A stretch of 64,000 nucleotides of DNA. It comes from Schmidtea nova. Lineage: Eukaryota. The stretch lies in the NCBI GenBank assembly GCA_044892505.1, contig CM097882.1:324198001-324262000 (forward strand). The letters are read 5' to 3'. Positions 1 through 13,690 of this stretch are shown piece after piece. Under the pieces are notes generated by a model. That model worked only from the letters and a program-made list of their open reading frames with translations. It was not told the DNA's origin and did no database searches. The translations under genes and the position numbers were made by a program. Numbering within the stretch: position 1 is the stretch's first letter; each line of letters starts with the position of its first letter.

Positions 1-624
1 AAATTCTGTGAATAAATTTTTGAAACTAAATTTTTGTGAGTAAAAGTTTTGAAACTAAATTTTTGTTAATAAATTTTTGAAGATGATATTTAAATTACTT
101 TTGAGAGTCACTTTTCTTAGGAATTTCTCTTAGTATTTTTACAATTATAATTAAATCATTGTTTACTACTTTCATTGAGAACTTGTAAAAATAATGATTA
201 CCACGTATTATTAGTTAATTTTTAACTATTATCAACTGATATCAACTAACATGTCTTTTCTATAATAAATATATAATAACAGAAATATTTAAAATATTTT
301 GATAACTTAACTAATTTGGATTGATTTTCATGCTTTAGCTTCAAAACTTGTTAATTATTGCGCTAATAAGGGTTTTGTGCAATATATATATAGATTTTGA
401 AACTTTTTAACTAGTTGTCAACTAATCACTACAAATTCAGTTACTTATATCATATTGTTTTACCAAATCTGGTATGGATGAAGAATGGAAAAAAAATTTG
501 TAAATCAAGTTTTTTAAAAAAGAAATTTGACTTTTTTATGTGTCAAGTTTCATTTTGATTGGTTTCAAGTATTAATATTACTATTGTTATTATTAAAACT
601 ATATAGGTTATTCCTGAACATCCA

Positions 625-978
625 TTGTATTCAAGAAATCCTGACTCAGTCATTGGCAAATTTGGACTTGGATCCAATGAATGGGTTTTCTTAAGTCCGA
701 AGTGCTACAGTCTTTTGGGTGAATCTGAAAGTAATAAAGCGAAGGGAGTATATTTAGAAGGAACTGAGATAAAACATCTTTCTTATCTTGATTGCTACAA
801 TAATAATCAAATCTTTTCTGTTCCTCAAACTCGAATTGGGAAGCAAAATCATCAATTGTATACTTTTAAGAATACTAAAATTGCTTTAAGTAACAACGAT
901 GATAAGCGTCAGTGGGTGGGTAAAAATGAAAGTTTTGCATTCGGGCATTATTTAGGAGTCAATACATTGAACGACTGA
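625..978 (+). pseudogene. C-terminal fragment of a protein-primed family B DNA polymerase (Polinton/Maverick or adintovirus type)
   Basis: Translation IGKF...FLSPKCYS...KAKGV...Y..C...Q.RI....HQLYT...KIALS.NDDKR...FGHY follows the order of the Polinton pPolB C-terminal motifs (GKFK, L.PK.Y, KAKGV, HxLYT, ALS.xDDKR, GHY). No true ATG; upstream part missing. Confidence 0.7.
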
Positions 979-1089
979 GATGACTAGTTCTTAATGTCGA
1001 TATTTCCAGAATGAAAATTGTTATTGAAATAAATTTTGTTATTTGAAAATGTCTTTTTTTTTTATTTTGTGTCAAGTTTTATTTGTGTA

Positions 1090-1092
<3 letters not shown>

Positions 1093-1144
<52 letters not shown>
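1093..1144. repeat. (ATT)n microsatellite
   Basis: Direct reading. Confidence 0.95.
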
Positions 1145-1146
<2 letters not shown>

Positions 1147-1202
1147 ACCTATGTAAAGATTAGAAAAATCAAATATATGTTAAAATTTTGTTTATTAAAA
1201 GT

Positions 1203-1660
1203 GTGGAATGTAGCTTAGTTGGAAAGGCTATGGATTTCTAATTGTGAGACCCCAGTTTTAACTCTCAAGGTTGAATAATTTTTTTCTTTGACGTTTTTTA
1301 TGAAAATTTTGTTAAGGAATCGGATTCAGCGTATTGAATTTGATATAAATAGAAATTTTGGTTAAAATCTGACAAGTATTAGTCGAGAAAATAATTTAAA
1401 ATTTTTTTATATGTGAGAGGCCCAGGTTCAACTCCCACTTTGGACTAATTTTTTTTCCTATTTTTTGTAACAAATTCGGATTCAGCGTATTGAATTTGAT
1501 GTAAATAGAAATTTTGGTTCAAATCTGACAAGTATTAGTCGAGAAAATAATTTAAAATCTTTTTTATATGTGAGAGGCCTAGGTTCAACTCCCACTTTGG
1601 ACTAATTTTTTTTTCTATTTTTTGTAATAAATTCGGATTCAGTATATTGAATTTAATATG
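1203..1660 (+). repeat. About 3 tandem copies of a ~156 bp unit with tRNA-like A/B boxes (SINE-like)
   Basis: CGGATTCAG recurs at about 1321, 1477 and 1634. A-box-like TAGCTTAGTTGG near 1210; B-box-like GGTTCAACTCC near 1426 and 1582, each followed by a T run. Confidence 0.5.
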
Positions 1661-2059
1661 TATACAAGTTTTCATAAAAATCGGACCATAATTGACTAAT
1701 ATAGAAATAAAGATAAATTAATTAAAAAATAAATTTGATTAATTTAAATAAAATTATCAAATACTACTGATAAAGTAGTTAGTAAACAGATTGTATAAAT
1801 TTGTATATTTTTATATAAAGACCATTCCGGATTATTTTTTTTACCATTAAGATAGTTGATTACCTATTTTCTAAATAATCATGAATTAAGAATAAAAATA
1901 TATGTTATATCTTTAAACTTTTATGGACTTCATGAAAGCATTTCGAATCTGAATTCTGATGAGAAATCTTGCATTTATATAACTTGAAAACTATATAATT
2001 ATAATACTAATATAGATTTTCGATAATTTAATGGATCGCAGTTGAGCGCAGCGGAGCGC

Positions 2060-2195
2060 AGTGGGCGGTTGGCGGATGGCGGTTGGCGGATGGCGGTTGG
2101 CGGATGGCGGATGGCGATGGTGGTTGGTGGTCGGCGGTCGGCGGTGGGCAGTTGGCGGTTGGTTGTTGGCGGTTGGCGGTTGGCGGTTGGCGGGT
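2060..2195 (+). repeat. GC-rich heptamer tandem repeat (GGCGGTT/GGCGGAT)n
   Basis: Direct reading; a sharp GC island in AT-rich surroundings. Confidence 0.9.
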
Positions 2196-2516
2196 AGTGA
2201 TTACCTGATGGTGTGTTGGTCACTAAGTGTGCCAGTTACTACCCATAAGTGTGCTGGTCAATAAGCATGCCGGGCACGCGCGGATGATGCAATGGTCAAT
2301 AAGAATGTCGGGCACGTGCGGATGATACAAAAAATTCTAAAAGTAGTAGTTGCCATTGGCAACACGTGCCATAAGTGTGTCTTTGCACAAGTGCGCTGGT
2401 CACGTACGAGTGATGTAATGGTCAAGTGTCCGGTGTTATGTAACTTTAAAAAATTTAAGGGGGGGGTACTGTATCTGACGGGGACACATCCTACTACTTA
2501 TAGAGTTGCCCCTTTC

Positions 2517-3152
2517 CTACTTTTTTCTTACCTCCACTGGTCTAAGATTTTTGTTTGTGTCTTGGTTTAATTTATTGTCTATGAACACAGTTAAAGAGTG
2601 TCTTTCTTCTGTTGATAAATCTTGATGCGTGAAAGATATTGTCTGGTTTATCATCTCTTCACTTATTTGTAGGATTGATTGTATTGGATCCAATTTTGTA
2701 AATGGATTTGGAATTGTCGGGTTGTATAGCACTTCGATTGTTATCACACAGGGTAAATTATTCATTTGCACGTTCAGTTCATTGAAATCATTTGACATGA
2801 TTCTGTCATCTCTTACTAGTTTGATGACTGCTGAACAGTTGCTTGTGACTATTAGCGGAATTCGGTTTTGACATATTGCAACTTCTGTTTTCGTCATATG
2901 GAATACTAATCTGTGAAGAATTCTCTTGCCTTCTGCAACTTCTTTGTCGACGTTTTTGTATTTGTCGAAGGTTCCAATAAGCTCATTGATTTTCATTCAT
3001 CGGACTTCATTAAATTTTATTAGATGCATTTCCAGCTCTTCTATTTCGACTTGCATGTCTTTTGTGATGCATTTTTGGTTTGGAAAACTGCTAATTGTGA
3101 TTGGGGTCTCGTCTGTACATATTTTGTTTTGAAGATTTTTGTAGAAACTCAT
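2517..3152 (-). pseudogene. Unknown ~210 codon ORF interrupted by one in-frame TGA (2997-2999)
   Basis: ATG at 3152 gives MSFYKNLQNKICTDETP...FNEVR*, in frame with the 159 aa ORF 2996-2517. No family recognised. Confidence 0.35.
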
Positions 3153-3495
3153 GTTTAGTTTGTTTATACAACATGTTAACTTCTGATAGGTTCTTGATTG
3201 ATTGTGATGAGATTGATTTGGATTGCTGGCTATTTAAATCTTTGATATATAAATAACTGAACTGATTAATTGAACGATTTGACAAAGAATTGACTGAATT
3301 TATTGGGTTTTTCAATTGATTGTAGTAACGACTTGATTGGTCGATATAGAAAAAGTTAACGAAATTGATTGGGCTTTTTGAATTTGTTGCTGGACTTGAT
3401 TTTTTTTGCTTGTATGTTCTTTTCTAAAATAAAATATAAATTTTCATGTTTAGAGCGTACTATCGGTTTAACAGTATACGCTATTATATAAATAC

Positions 3496-3498
<3 letters not shown>

Positions 3499-3561
<63 letters not shown>
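3499..3561. repeat. (TA)n microsatellite
   Basis: Direct reading. Confidence 0.95.
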
Positions 3562-3565
<4 letters not shown>

Positions 3566-4440
3566 AATTTTAATTATTATTATTGATAAAGTTGTATCAT
3601 ACCAATGCGGATCTTTTATAATCACCTGATATGTATTTGCCCAAATGGAAATGCCCTGGCACATTTCTGACTAGTCGGCTCCGATCCCGCTGCCTTTTCC
3701 ATTTGTACTTTTTGTAGATTTGTACGCTAGTTATGATAGCTAATATTGCTAGTGCTATTATTGATGATGAGATAACGTAAAAGGGCTAAAATGGTTTTCT
3801 CTCTTTAGTTTGAAAAGTTAATTCATTCCAATTATTAATTACTATTGATTTTCCCGTTGGTAATTTAATTGTATTTCTTATGAATTATGGGCGTTTCTCT
3901 AATATGCTCTTCATGATTTTGAATTCCTAATTTATTTGTTAATGGCGGGCTTTTAATTTTTATTATTTCTGTTGATGACGTCCTAATGTTTGTTATTGGT
4001 TTAATACCCGTGGTCTCTAGTGTGCTGCTTTGTGTGGTTATCTTACTGTTAGATACAGGGAAGATAGTCGAAAATTTTGAGATAGATGAAAATTATACAA
4101 TAGGGGCAAATAAGTACAGACTAAATGTGTATGTGGATAACAACAATCAGAACCCAGGCCAACAATGATAATAATTTGACTTGATGAACTACATTTGATT
4201 GTGATAACATTTTCTTTTACTTTATTGGTTTTGATAATTGATGATATTGTTATATGATTAATTGATTTTATTTGTTAATGTATTTTTTTTAAATAGATAG
4301 ACAAGGGAAATAACAAATAATATTACAAAAGCATTCATCACTAAATAGATAAACATAAATTCAATCTAATTTTATTAATTACATTAATAAAATATTTGCA
4401 AATAGAATAAATTAAATTTTTTAATGATATAATTACAAGT

Positions 4441-4451
4441 ATTATTATTAC

Positions 4452-4503
<52 letters not shown>

Positions 4504-4730
4504 GTTATTGTTGTTATTATGATTATGATTATTATATTTTTGTTATTATTATTAGTATTACTATTATTGTTAATATTATTGTTTTGTTTTATTGTTATTA
4601 TTATAATTATTTTGTTTTATTGTTATTAATATTAGTGTTTTATTATTGTTATTATTGATACTATTATTATTATTATTGTTAATAATATTATTTTATTTTT
4701 ATTATTATTATTTTATGTCTATTATTATTC
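4441..4730. repeat. (ATT)n / degenerate ATT-GTT low-complexity tract
   Basis: Direct reading. Confidence 0.9.
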
Positions 4731-4756
4731 TTCCTAAAAAGGAAAATAAACAAAAC

Positions 4757-4846
4757 GAGCACTTAGTGCTCAAGGAAGAAAACAAGAGTAAACAAAAAGG
4801 CACTTAGTGCTCAGAAAAATCAAAAATAAACAAAGCACTAAGTGCC
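4757..4846. other. Three palindromic GCAC-TTA-GTGC sites
   Basis: GAGCACTTAGTGCTC (4757-4771), GGCACTTAGTGCT (4799-4811) and its exact reverse complement AGCACTAAGTGCC (4834-4846). Confidence 0.8.
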
Positions 4847-6559
4847 TACGTTGGAAACCTGGATTAAAAAAATCATTTCTTAAAAATAAGAAACTAATCG
4901 TTATTAATGGAGATTTATATTAAATTTGATTTTTGGAAATTATTTAATTAAAAATGTATCTTAATTTCTCGAATTGTTCTAAGATTTTTCAAGTGCATTT
5001 GCTAAAAGTGAAAGTTTATTTTAGTAATATGAAATACAAAATGTGAGATATTTTTTGATGTGATATAAGTTATTCTTTTATATTGTTTCTTTGCATGGTA
5101 ACATTAGGATTTTCGTCTCGAAATAAGATCAATTTGAAAATATAAATTTCATTTGAAAACACATTTACTAATTTCATTCTAACGAGATTAATTTAAAACA
5201 TTAAAAACTTTGTTAATTTAATTTTATCTTTTCTATTTTGTCTTGCAATCAAATCTTTTGGTTTTTTGAAAATTTGAATATTCCACGTATGACAAAAAAT
5301 TACATTATTCGTAAAATATGATAAATTTCATATCTTTCATTTATATAAATAAATAATAAAATAATTTAATGATAAACAAGTAAAATTAAAATATGACAAT
5401 TAAAACAAAAAAATATTATAATATTGATAAAAGATAATTAGAGGCAATAGATATGAAAATTATTGTAACTGGTGATATATAAAGATCGACTAAATATAGA
5501 AAACCAAATTATTAACCTCAAGGATGCTGGGAAAAGGGATGATACTAAAAATAGGAAATATGTATTGTACTTTAAAATAAGGGAAATTTCGCTGAGTAAA
5601 CAGCATAATGGGCAAATAAAATATGTTGACAGAGAGATTAAAGATTTTACTATATATACGGACTGATTTCTCAGTCAAATCACCCAAAAATCAAAAGCTT
5701 TAAAGAAGAGTTGTAAATTCAATAAATTGATATTACAACATAATTTGAGCATACCTATTTACACATCCGAGCTCAGGAAGCTGCAAATATTCACACACAC
5801 ACGCATCTATACATATATAAAATATAAGTTGAAATTGATACATACATTTTGTGAGGTAATTGTTTAATTTTTATCAAAATTGTAAATTGTTATAATTTAA
5901 ATAAAGTTTAGAAAAGAACCAGTCTTTGACTTATTTATTTATATAAGTTCACCAAGTTGAGATTCTTGGAACCTCAACATTACTACTCAGTGGTAATGTA
6001 TAATTTAGTTGAATTGATTGTTCTCTAGGCATACTTTGTGTTTAAATTCTTTTACATTTCCATATTGACGTACTTCCGTCTTTGTTCCATTGCACACAGT
6101 TTGTACTGCGTGTTAGTTAATGATTTTACGAATATAATGCTTTCTCCTATTTCAAATTCGTTAGTTGTTTTGCTGTCTTCAGTTTATCGCATGAAACTTG
6201 GATTTGTGTCGTTTATTGTTTGTAAGTATGTCTTCTATTGGTGTCATTATTAAGTTAATTACTTTTATTAGGATTTTCATCCTTTGAAAATTGGCAATTA
6301 ATTGAGTCGCAAAATAAGTCCATAAAATTTATTTCAACACCATTATTAAAAAAACTTAACTGGTTTTAATTTGTTATGATATTCAAACAAATTTACCATC
6401 TTCATTTTTTTATTTAAAATTTTTCAATTTGAAATATTTTTTAATTTTAACTTTTAAATTTAACATATTTTCTAAATTTTTAATTTCCCATTTTCAATAT
6501 TTATTAACTTTAAAAATTTTTAGAATCTTCCAGCTTCTCTCATAACTTTAATCTCGTCT

Positions 6560-7160
6560 ATCGAGATTTTGATCATCATGTTGTATTCTATTATCTCAGT
6601 TGAATTGATTAATCCTATGATTGTTAGAAATACTGCTGGCATCATTAACTTGTTTTGTGATCTTAAGTTATATTTGTGGGGTTTTTCTACAGTAATCTCT
6701 GATTCTGCTAATTTACATCTATTCACCTGTACTACTATTGGGTCTTCATTTTTGTGTTTTTGCTGGTGTAGGTTCTCATTGATTAGTTTTACAACCTCAT
6801 ATTTTTGGATTCCATTCCAAAATTGGTCCTCAATTAATCTAGTAGTGTGTTCTGCTCCAAATGCTTTTTTCGCTAACTCGGATATTGTATAAATATATTC
6901 ACCTACTGGTTCTCTCGCTCCTTGATATCTATTTCTAAATTTTTGTACGTTTATTTTTTGTAAATCTCTATCTATTACTATCTCCTCTCTTAAATTTGCT
7001 ACTAATTGATCATTATTATTTCCCTTGCATTCTAAATTATTAAATGTTTTAATTCTTTGTTTTAATTCGTCATGTGTCCACCCTCAAGCTTCTGCACACT
7101 GGGTGATCTCAGCAAAAAAATCGTCGAACTTTTCGGGCTCTCCCCTATATGATTTTACGG
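6560..7160 (-). pseudogene. Retrotransposon gag relic
   Basis: Minus strand reads PVKSYRGEPEKFDDFFAEITQCAEA*GW...FRNRYQGAREPVGEYIYTISELAKKAF...LIEDQFWNGI, the F..R.Q...E.V.EY...L..LA...DQF..G pattern of Ty3/Gypsy capsid domains. Contains a stop. Confidence 0.6.
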
Positions 7161-8699
7161 GTGATTATTATTATTATTCATTCTATATATTATTCTATTT
7201 CTTAGGTTGTGTACTATTTCAGGCGGGTTATCTATTTTAATTTATTTAATTCTTTATTTGGTCAATAATAATATTTTATATAAATATATTTTCCCAATAT
7301 ACGTTACATTAACCCTCTGATCGCAATTCCTATCGTCCAAATAACGATGATTGATTTTAATTGTCCCGGTTCGCGGCACCAAATGTTGATGTCTAAGATT
7401 TTTAGATCTCAACGTGCACTGGTGATATCTATGTATATAACAATAAGAAGTGAAATTCTTGAAACTATTTCATTTAATGACAAAATTTACCGAGATACAC
7501 TTGATAGATTTTACTCAAAATTATATATTCAAAACGATACAAAATATTGTAATTAAAGTTTGATTTTATAAATTATTTTATATGAAATGTATGTGTGCGT
7601 GTTATTTTATGCTTGTTGTGTTGATTAGTTTATAGAGGTGTAATACTTTTTTGTTCTGTTCTTTGTATTTTGATTTTCTCGTAGGATTACCCTTTGAGAT
7701 AAATATTTCGCTAATATTTATTGAAACAAAGTTTTAGAAAAATTGTGGGTATTTTTGTGATTTTTTGCTTCCTTTATATACTGAAAACTTACATTACAAT
7801 TAAATTGAATTGATCTTTCAATATTTATTTTGTATATATCTGCCATTAAATTGATCAATTTCCCCTTTCCAATGTTTGCATATTCAGCTCAATTTTTGTT
7901 TTATATTTTAGATCGATTTCAAAAGAAATGATTTCCTAATAATAATTCCCTATATATAATTATTAAAAGAACTCCCAATAAAAATAAGATATTCATGCAC
8001 ATCTATATACACATTAAACATTGAATACAGTTATACATTTAAAATAAATCTATACTAGCTACGATAAATTAATTGATCCATTAAAGGAATGTCAAATGTC
8101 ATAAATGTCTAATCAAAACAAAAAAGATCTCCAATTTGAAATATTCTCGCTGAATCACAGTTTATATTGATTACGAAAGGATTGAGTAATGTACGAATGG
8201 GGGATTGAAATTGATTGCTAATAAGACTTGTCCAGCTTGTTCTCTGACAGGAGAAATATGTCGATGGGCTTACTCTCATCATCCAACGCACACACAGATA
8301 TATATGTGCAATCAGCATTATCATCAAATAGTTAATTACTCTCTTTTTCGTTCTTTGGCTGCCTTGTCCTATGGCTAGGGTTTTTTCTTTGATTTTCTGT
8401 TCCTGAATTTCTGATGTTTTTCTTTTTAAGTCTTGGATTAGCCGTAGGTTAGTAGATTTTTCAGTTCTTGGTTATTTGAATGATTCTCCATATGGTAATT
8501 ATGGTTATTCCAAAGGTTTCCAGCGGTACTACGACTTTTAAGGTTATGGCCCAGTTTCTTTTTTCGATTTCTTCTTTGAGGGTTTTTTCCAATTTGGTAA
8601 CTTCTATTTGGATTTCTTAGATTTTCAATACGTGTTGGGTTATCGTGTTCTGGTTTTTTACACTAATTTCTTCTTAGGGTGATTATTTGGGTTTCTGTT

Positions 8700-10450
8700 A
8701 GCTCTTTCTTGATGCCGTTTAAGGAGTACTTTATTCATATAACGGTTGTTTTGACATGGGTTATTATGTACTGATGTGACTTCGGGTTCTCTTTCATTTT
8801 ATTTGTGTTGTTTTACATCTAAATGAGTCACTATCTATAGAACAATTGTCCATTCATCAAGCCAATTTTTCATTTTTGTTGCTACATAAGTAGGTTGAAA
8901 TTGGTGCATTAAACTTTAACCCTTAACACTTAGTTACGCTGATTTTTTATACTTTTTGTATATTGATTCTCTTTTTTTGTCTAATCCTTCTTATTCTTCA
9001 TCCAGTTGTTCAGAGTCTATTTGTGGTCCGTATATTGGTATCAATGGTATTTACACTAGTTGGTAGTCTACTTCTCCTTTCATTAACCTGATCTCTCAGC
9101 GCTTTTGATATTTGTAATTCCTCGTCTAATAGAAATGTTAGATAATCTTCATCTGATAAGTTCTCGATTTTCTCTTCCAGTTTTGTATCTTTTGTTTAGT
9201 TTTTTTTCTATATTCGCTTCGGTTTCCTTCTTAATTAATTCTGTTTCTTATTTTTCCTTTTGTAGTTCTTTCATTTCTAGTTGTGGTTTTAGGTACTCTA
9301 TTTATTTCCCGATATTCGATAGGTTTTCTTCATACATTCATAGTAATATTCTCTTGTCGTCTTTAGTTTCCATTTATTTGTGCGGCTAATCCTTTGTATT
9401 CATTCGCGTGTCTTTCCGCTTGTTTAAACCTTAAGTTCTAATCCTATGATCTTCAAATTTTGTCGTATTATTGCTTCCGATTGTTCTTCTTGCTTCTTGA
9501 TATCGTTATTTAATTTTTTCACTTCCCTGGCTATATCCTTGATGAATCCCGTTCTCGTCTTATTCCATTTGTCGCTTATTATATTTTTGGTTCTAAGTTC
9601 TAGGTTCGACTTCTTTATTTGTTTTATCTAGCCTTTTAGTTTATGATTTCTTTCGCACAATGCCAAATAATTTGTCCACTGATTCTCTGTTGTTAATTCT
9701 TGATGTATTTCTTTGATTTTACTTTTTTTCTTGCTTGTTCGATTTGATTTTGGTTCTTTTTTCCCATTATCTTCTGCTACTTTTCGTGAGTGATTCGTAC
9801 TAGTTGTATATCAGTCGCTGCTTGTTTCACTTCTACAATCTTTCATAACGTTTCCACCTCTTCTCTATTTTTCTGGTATTCTTTTAAACTTTTTTTAGTT
9901 TGTTACATTCTTAGCAGGCACCTTTCCAAAGCCCTATGGCTTCATGGCCCATTTTAACCTAGTTTCTTGCAATATTATTTGTTGGTTTAGGTTCCTTTCT
10001 TTTGTTTCAATCTGTTTCTTTAAGTGTCTTCTGATTTGTTCCGTTTCTCTTAATTCTTTTGGGTTCTAATTTCATTGATCGTTTCTAGGTACATCTGTAT
10101 TCTTAAGTTTCCTATTTCTACAATATGATTATTCATCATTTTATTGGTTTTTATATTTTTGTTTTACTTTTGATTTTGACTTGGGTTTCAACACTTATTT
10201 TATACAATTTATTTACGCTGTATCCGGAATATCTACTCCGTTCTACTGGTTACTTCCCTTTTTAATGTTATTTTTATGTATAACTTATCATCTGTTAAGA
10301 ATTTCCACATGCGTCCTTGTGCCATGATATATTTTCTGCTTTTCTGTTGCGATTTCTTATTCTTCTGTTGGCTTGGTATAGCTTGTTGCTCCCTTATGGT
10401 ACGAATGTGTTTGAAATAACTTTTTACGTTCATCATTACCAGTGTTAATT
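8700..10450 (-). mobile_element. Degenerate non-LTR retrotransposon (ORF1 end plus AP-endonuclease region)
   Basis: Broken minus-strand peptides IPIYGPQ (~9035), G.KFNAP (~8910), SID...KSHQYII (~8800-8760) in APE order and spacing; also IILQETRL (~9970). Many stops and frameshifts. Confidence 0.45.
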
Positions 10451-10760
10451 TTTTCTGGAATGGTCATTTTAGCAAGTCGTAATTATCTACTTTACATAAT
10501 GCAAAAAAATACTGGTAATTATCCTCCTTTTCCAACTCTATCTGCATTTTTTCTGCTTTTCTGTTGCGATTTCTTATTCTTCTGTTGGCTTGGTATAGCT
10601 TGTTGCTCCCTTATGGTACGAATGTGTTTGAAATAACTTTTTACGTTCATCATTACCAGTGTTAATTTTTTCTGGAATGGTCATTTTAGCAAGTCGTAAT
10701 TATCTACTTTACATAATGCAAAAAAATACTGGTAATTATCCTCCTTTTCCAACTCTATTT
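10334..10760. repeat. Near-perfect tandem duplication, 217 bp period
   Basis: TTCTGCTTTTCTGTTGCG starts at 10334 and at 10551; the units read almost identically. Confidence 0.9.
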
Positions 10761-11399
10761 GCATTTGGGTTTATTTTTAGCCTTATTTTGTAACCGTTTT
10801 CCCATAATTGGTACTATAGTAGGATTGAATTCTATGGAAACAAAATAACTATTATTTAACCAGTCATAAGCAACATTAGTAATGTAACTATTGGGCGAAA
10901 TAATCGTGAAAAGTGAACGCTGTTACCAGAACTATAACTGATCGAGTAATTTCTATGGGTTCAAGAACTATCAATAGAATATATGTACTCACTTTTAATG
11001 TTCGATCTCCTTCTTTCACAATAACGCTTTAACTTTTTATTAGTCATTTGTAATTCTTGTTTTTACCCAAGACAACAATGACGTATTTTTAATTTGACTA
11101 TAGTCGTTTGAAAGTATTGGTTGACAGTAGTTTGTTACGTCAAAGTTAATATCTGAGAGAATTAATTGTCTATTGTCATTATACTTCTGGTTTTTTCTTA
11201 CTTCATCGGCTGATTTAATCAAGTTATGGCCCATTCACAAAAATTCGTTTTTAATGATAATTATTCAACAAATAACATCATTTATTAAATTAAATTAAAT
11301 ACAATAATTAATAATAACAAAAAATAATCACAGAACATCAATAAAATAAAATTACAACATCGTTTATGTACAATATATTACAGCAGTAGATTTGACTGT

Positions 11400-11860
11400 C
11401 ATCACTTGCTTAGACAGAATCCAGATTGACTTGTGTATGGGGATAGAGACTTCTTGATTTGTCCCATAACCTGGGACTCCTTTCGACGCTTGTTTCTGTC
11501 ACGCTCATTTTTACTAGGCTTGCGCTTTCCATTCGATATCCTGGATGAATCTTCGACTGGAAACAGCTCTGTCAATCTGGCTCAAGTTGGAGTACAGATA
11601 TTACCCATAAGCCAGTATTCCACACGGTAGCGATCTAACTTGACTTGTCGTTGAGGCCCATTTGGAGAGCCCTTCGCTGAATAGCCCCATCATCTAATAA
11701 TTTCTTTCCTTCCTTTATTTTTCTTGAGCCGCTCTCATCTTTTCAGGAGTGAATCAAGTCATCTCATAAAGACGGTATCGTTGAATGAATTTGTTTAGCC
11801 GAATTCACATAGTTTGATTCTCTTTTTGGAGTTCTTCGTTTTTCGCCTCAAATCGGCACA
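11400..11860 (-). pseudogene. Degenerate ORF-Y copy of the unknown cassette family
   Basis: Minus strand ...YEMT*FTPEKMRAAQEK...ALQMGLND... then a basic tail KRKPSKNERDRNKRRKE; aligns with RTWFCTEKVK...AVRLELNNC of the 39846-40415 ORF. Confidence 0.5.
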
Positions 11861-13329
11861 TTCGTTTACATATCTGTTAGAAGATGGGTTAGTATTAAAA
11901 ATTTTGAAACTAATATATTACATGACAGGGTGCAACAATTACAGGATAAATGTACATATACAAAACAAGGATTGAGTTGAGATTCTCAATGATAATTTCT
12001 GGATTATATTTATTTGTGATGACAACTCTGTTGATTTTGATTATAATATTAACAATTTTATCTTAACCATTTTGTGATCAATTTATTTTATCGTTATGAT
12101 TATAATAATCTTCATGACATCTTTGTAATTATATCAATTTATTTTATGTGATTTATTTTATTATATGTTATAATTTATGTAATTAATCTTATTTTTTATG
12201 GGATTAATTGATTTTTACTAGATGTATATTTTTATTTTAATGGGACTGTGAAAAATATATATTAATAATATAACATGACAAAGATTTAATTGAGGGAAAA
12301 CGCAATTCAAATTTTATATTTCGACAGATTCCTTGACACGATCAACCAAAAATCCCCCTAAAATATAATTAATTAATAATTCTCGCCTTCTGGGTTAATT
12401 AATATTGTTGCTGTTATTTAATTTTACACCAATAGGTGCAAATAATTTTTATTTTATTTTTGAATTCTCATTGAAAGCAGTGTAGTCAGCACGAGGCGTC
12501 GTCAGAAGTGAGAGATCTTCAAATGCAAATTATGAAAGCTCATTAAGAGCAAAACAAAAACAATTTAAAAATAAAATAATAATAATTTAAAAATAATAAA
12601 TAGTGAGTTTTGATAATAATAATAATAATAAAACATAATAATAATATAAATAATATAAATGATTGTAATAATAGAATAATAATAAATATAAATAATTTTA
12701 TTTATTTTGAAAAAGAATTCAGTAATGCCATCACAAATGTCGGGAATCAACAAAAATAACATTTTTGATTTGGTTCAAATATATCATCAATCCCCCGAAA
12801 ATTCAGATTAAATTCTATTTTAACGAATAATAATAATTAATGTTTAGTAAAAAATGATGTTGATGTGTCACACAGAATTTGTTCATTATAGTACTGGGGT
12901 TTTGATTGGCCACCTTTATAAAAACTTCCTACGAGAATATAACCATGGAAAGTTGGGATCCATGTTGGTACTGTATATGGTCGGCGCAAATCAAGTCAGC
13001 GGGTGAGCGGCTTCGAAAGAAACTACTCTTGAATTGCATTTACTTCAGGTTCTCTGGTCGATGGAATACCATGATTTTATGCGTTCCACATATTGTTCCC
13101 TCTTTGTTGGAAAGAAGGTATATCTTCCTTTGTCATCATTTCCATCAATGAACGGGAATACTCTACACACTTTTTTATGATACCATAAACAACACAATTA
13201 ATTACACGAAAACATTTATTTCTTCGGTATTTCAGCTTACATCAAAACGGAATTATTTCCGCCAATAATTCCAGTTAGGAAAGAATTTAATAGTGTCACC
13301 TGAGTTTACAACTGTTGAGAGAACTTCCG

Positions 13330-13690
13330 TTACTGGTGACGTCGACGGTGCCTAGTGCCCATATGAATCTTCTTCGTCATACTATTGACGACTTCGGTTA
13401 CCCTACCAGTGGATTGGGCAACTGATTTTGCTGGCGACGGTCTCATCCATTTCTTGTACGTCAGCGTCCAAATTAAATTGTCTTCTACAAAAGATTTGGT
13501 CACCTGCCTCTCGCAGTTTTTTAACTCTATCTTCACGGTGTCCAATTCTAACTGGACGTCCACTAGTGCCCTGTGAACCCGCTCGGTTTTCTTTAGTTGT
13601 TCCTGCATTTGACTTGGGGAGAAAACATGTTTCTTGCAGCTGCAATATGCGGTGCTTTAATTTTCCCACTTCGATCTTGTGTCCGTTGTT
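13330..13690 (-). pseudogene. ORF-Y copy (one frameshift), unknown cassette family
   Basis: GKLKHRILQLQETCFLPK then, after a shift, QEQLKKTERVHRALVDVQLELDTVKIELKNCERQVTKSFVEDNL...KIHMGTRHRRRHQ; homologous to the 16582 and 39846 ORFs. Confidence 0.7.

Noticed and set aside
1203-1270. Functional tRNA gene
   Set aside because: No complete cloverleaf; the B box is degenerate in the copy that has the A box
2060-2195. Telomeric array, and the ORFs 1999-2223 and 2061-2264
   Set aside because: Short, degenerate and internal; the ORFs are translations of the repeat
5472-5666. RNase H of a LINE (FTIYTD)
   Set aside because: A single short motif followed by a stop; no supporting downstream motifs
11745-11770. 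UGA recoded as Trp (TGA aligns with W in a cassette copy, and TGA interrupts other ORFs)
   Set aside because: TGG is used normally, TAG also replaces W at 60.52 kb, and TGA terminates golgin-45 and pol; ordinary G-to-A decay explains it
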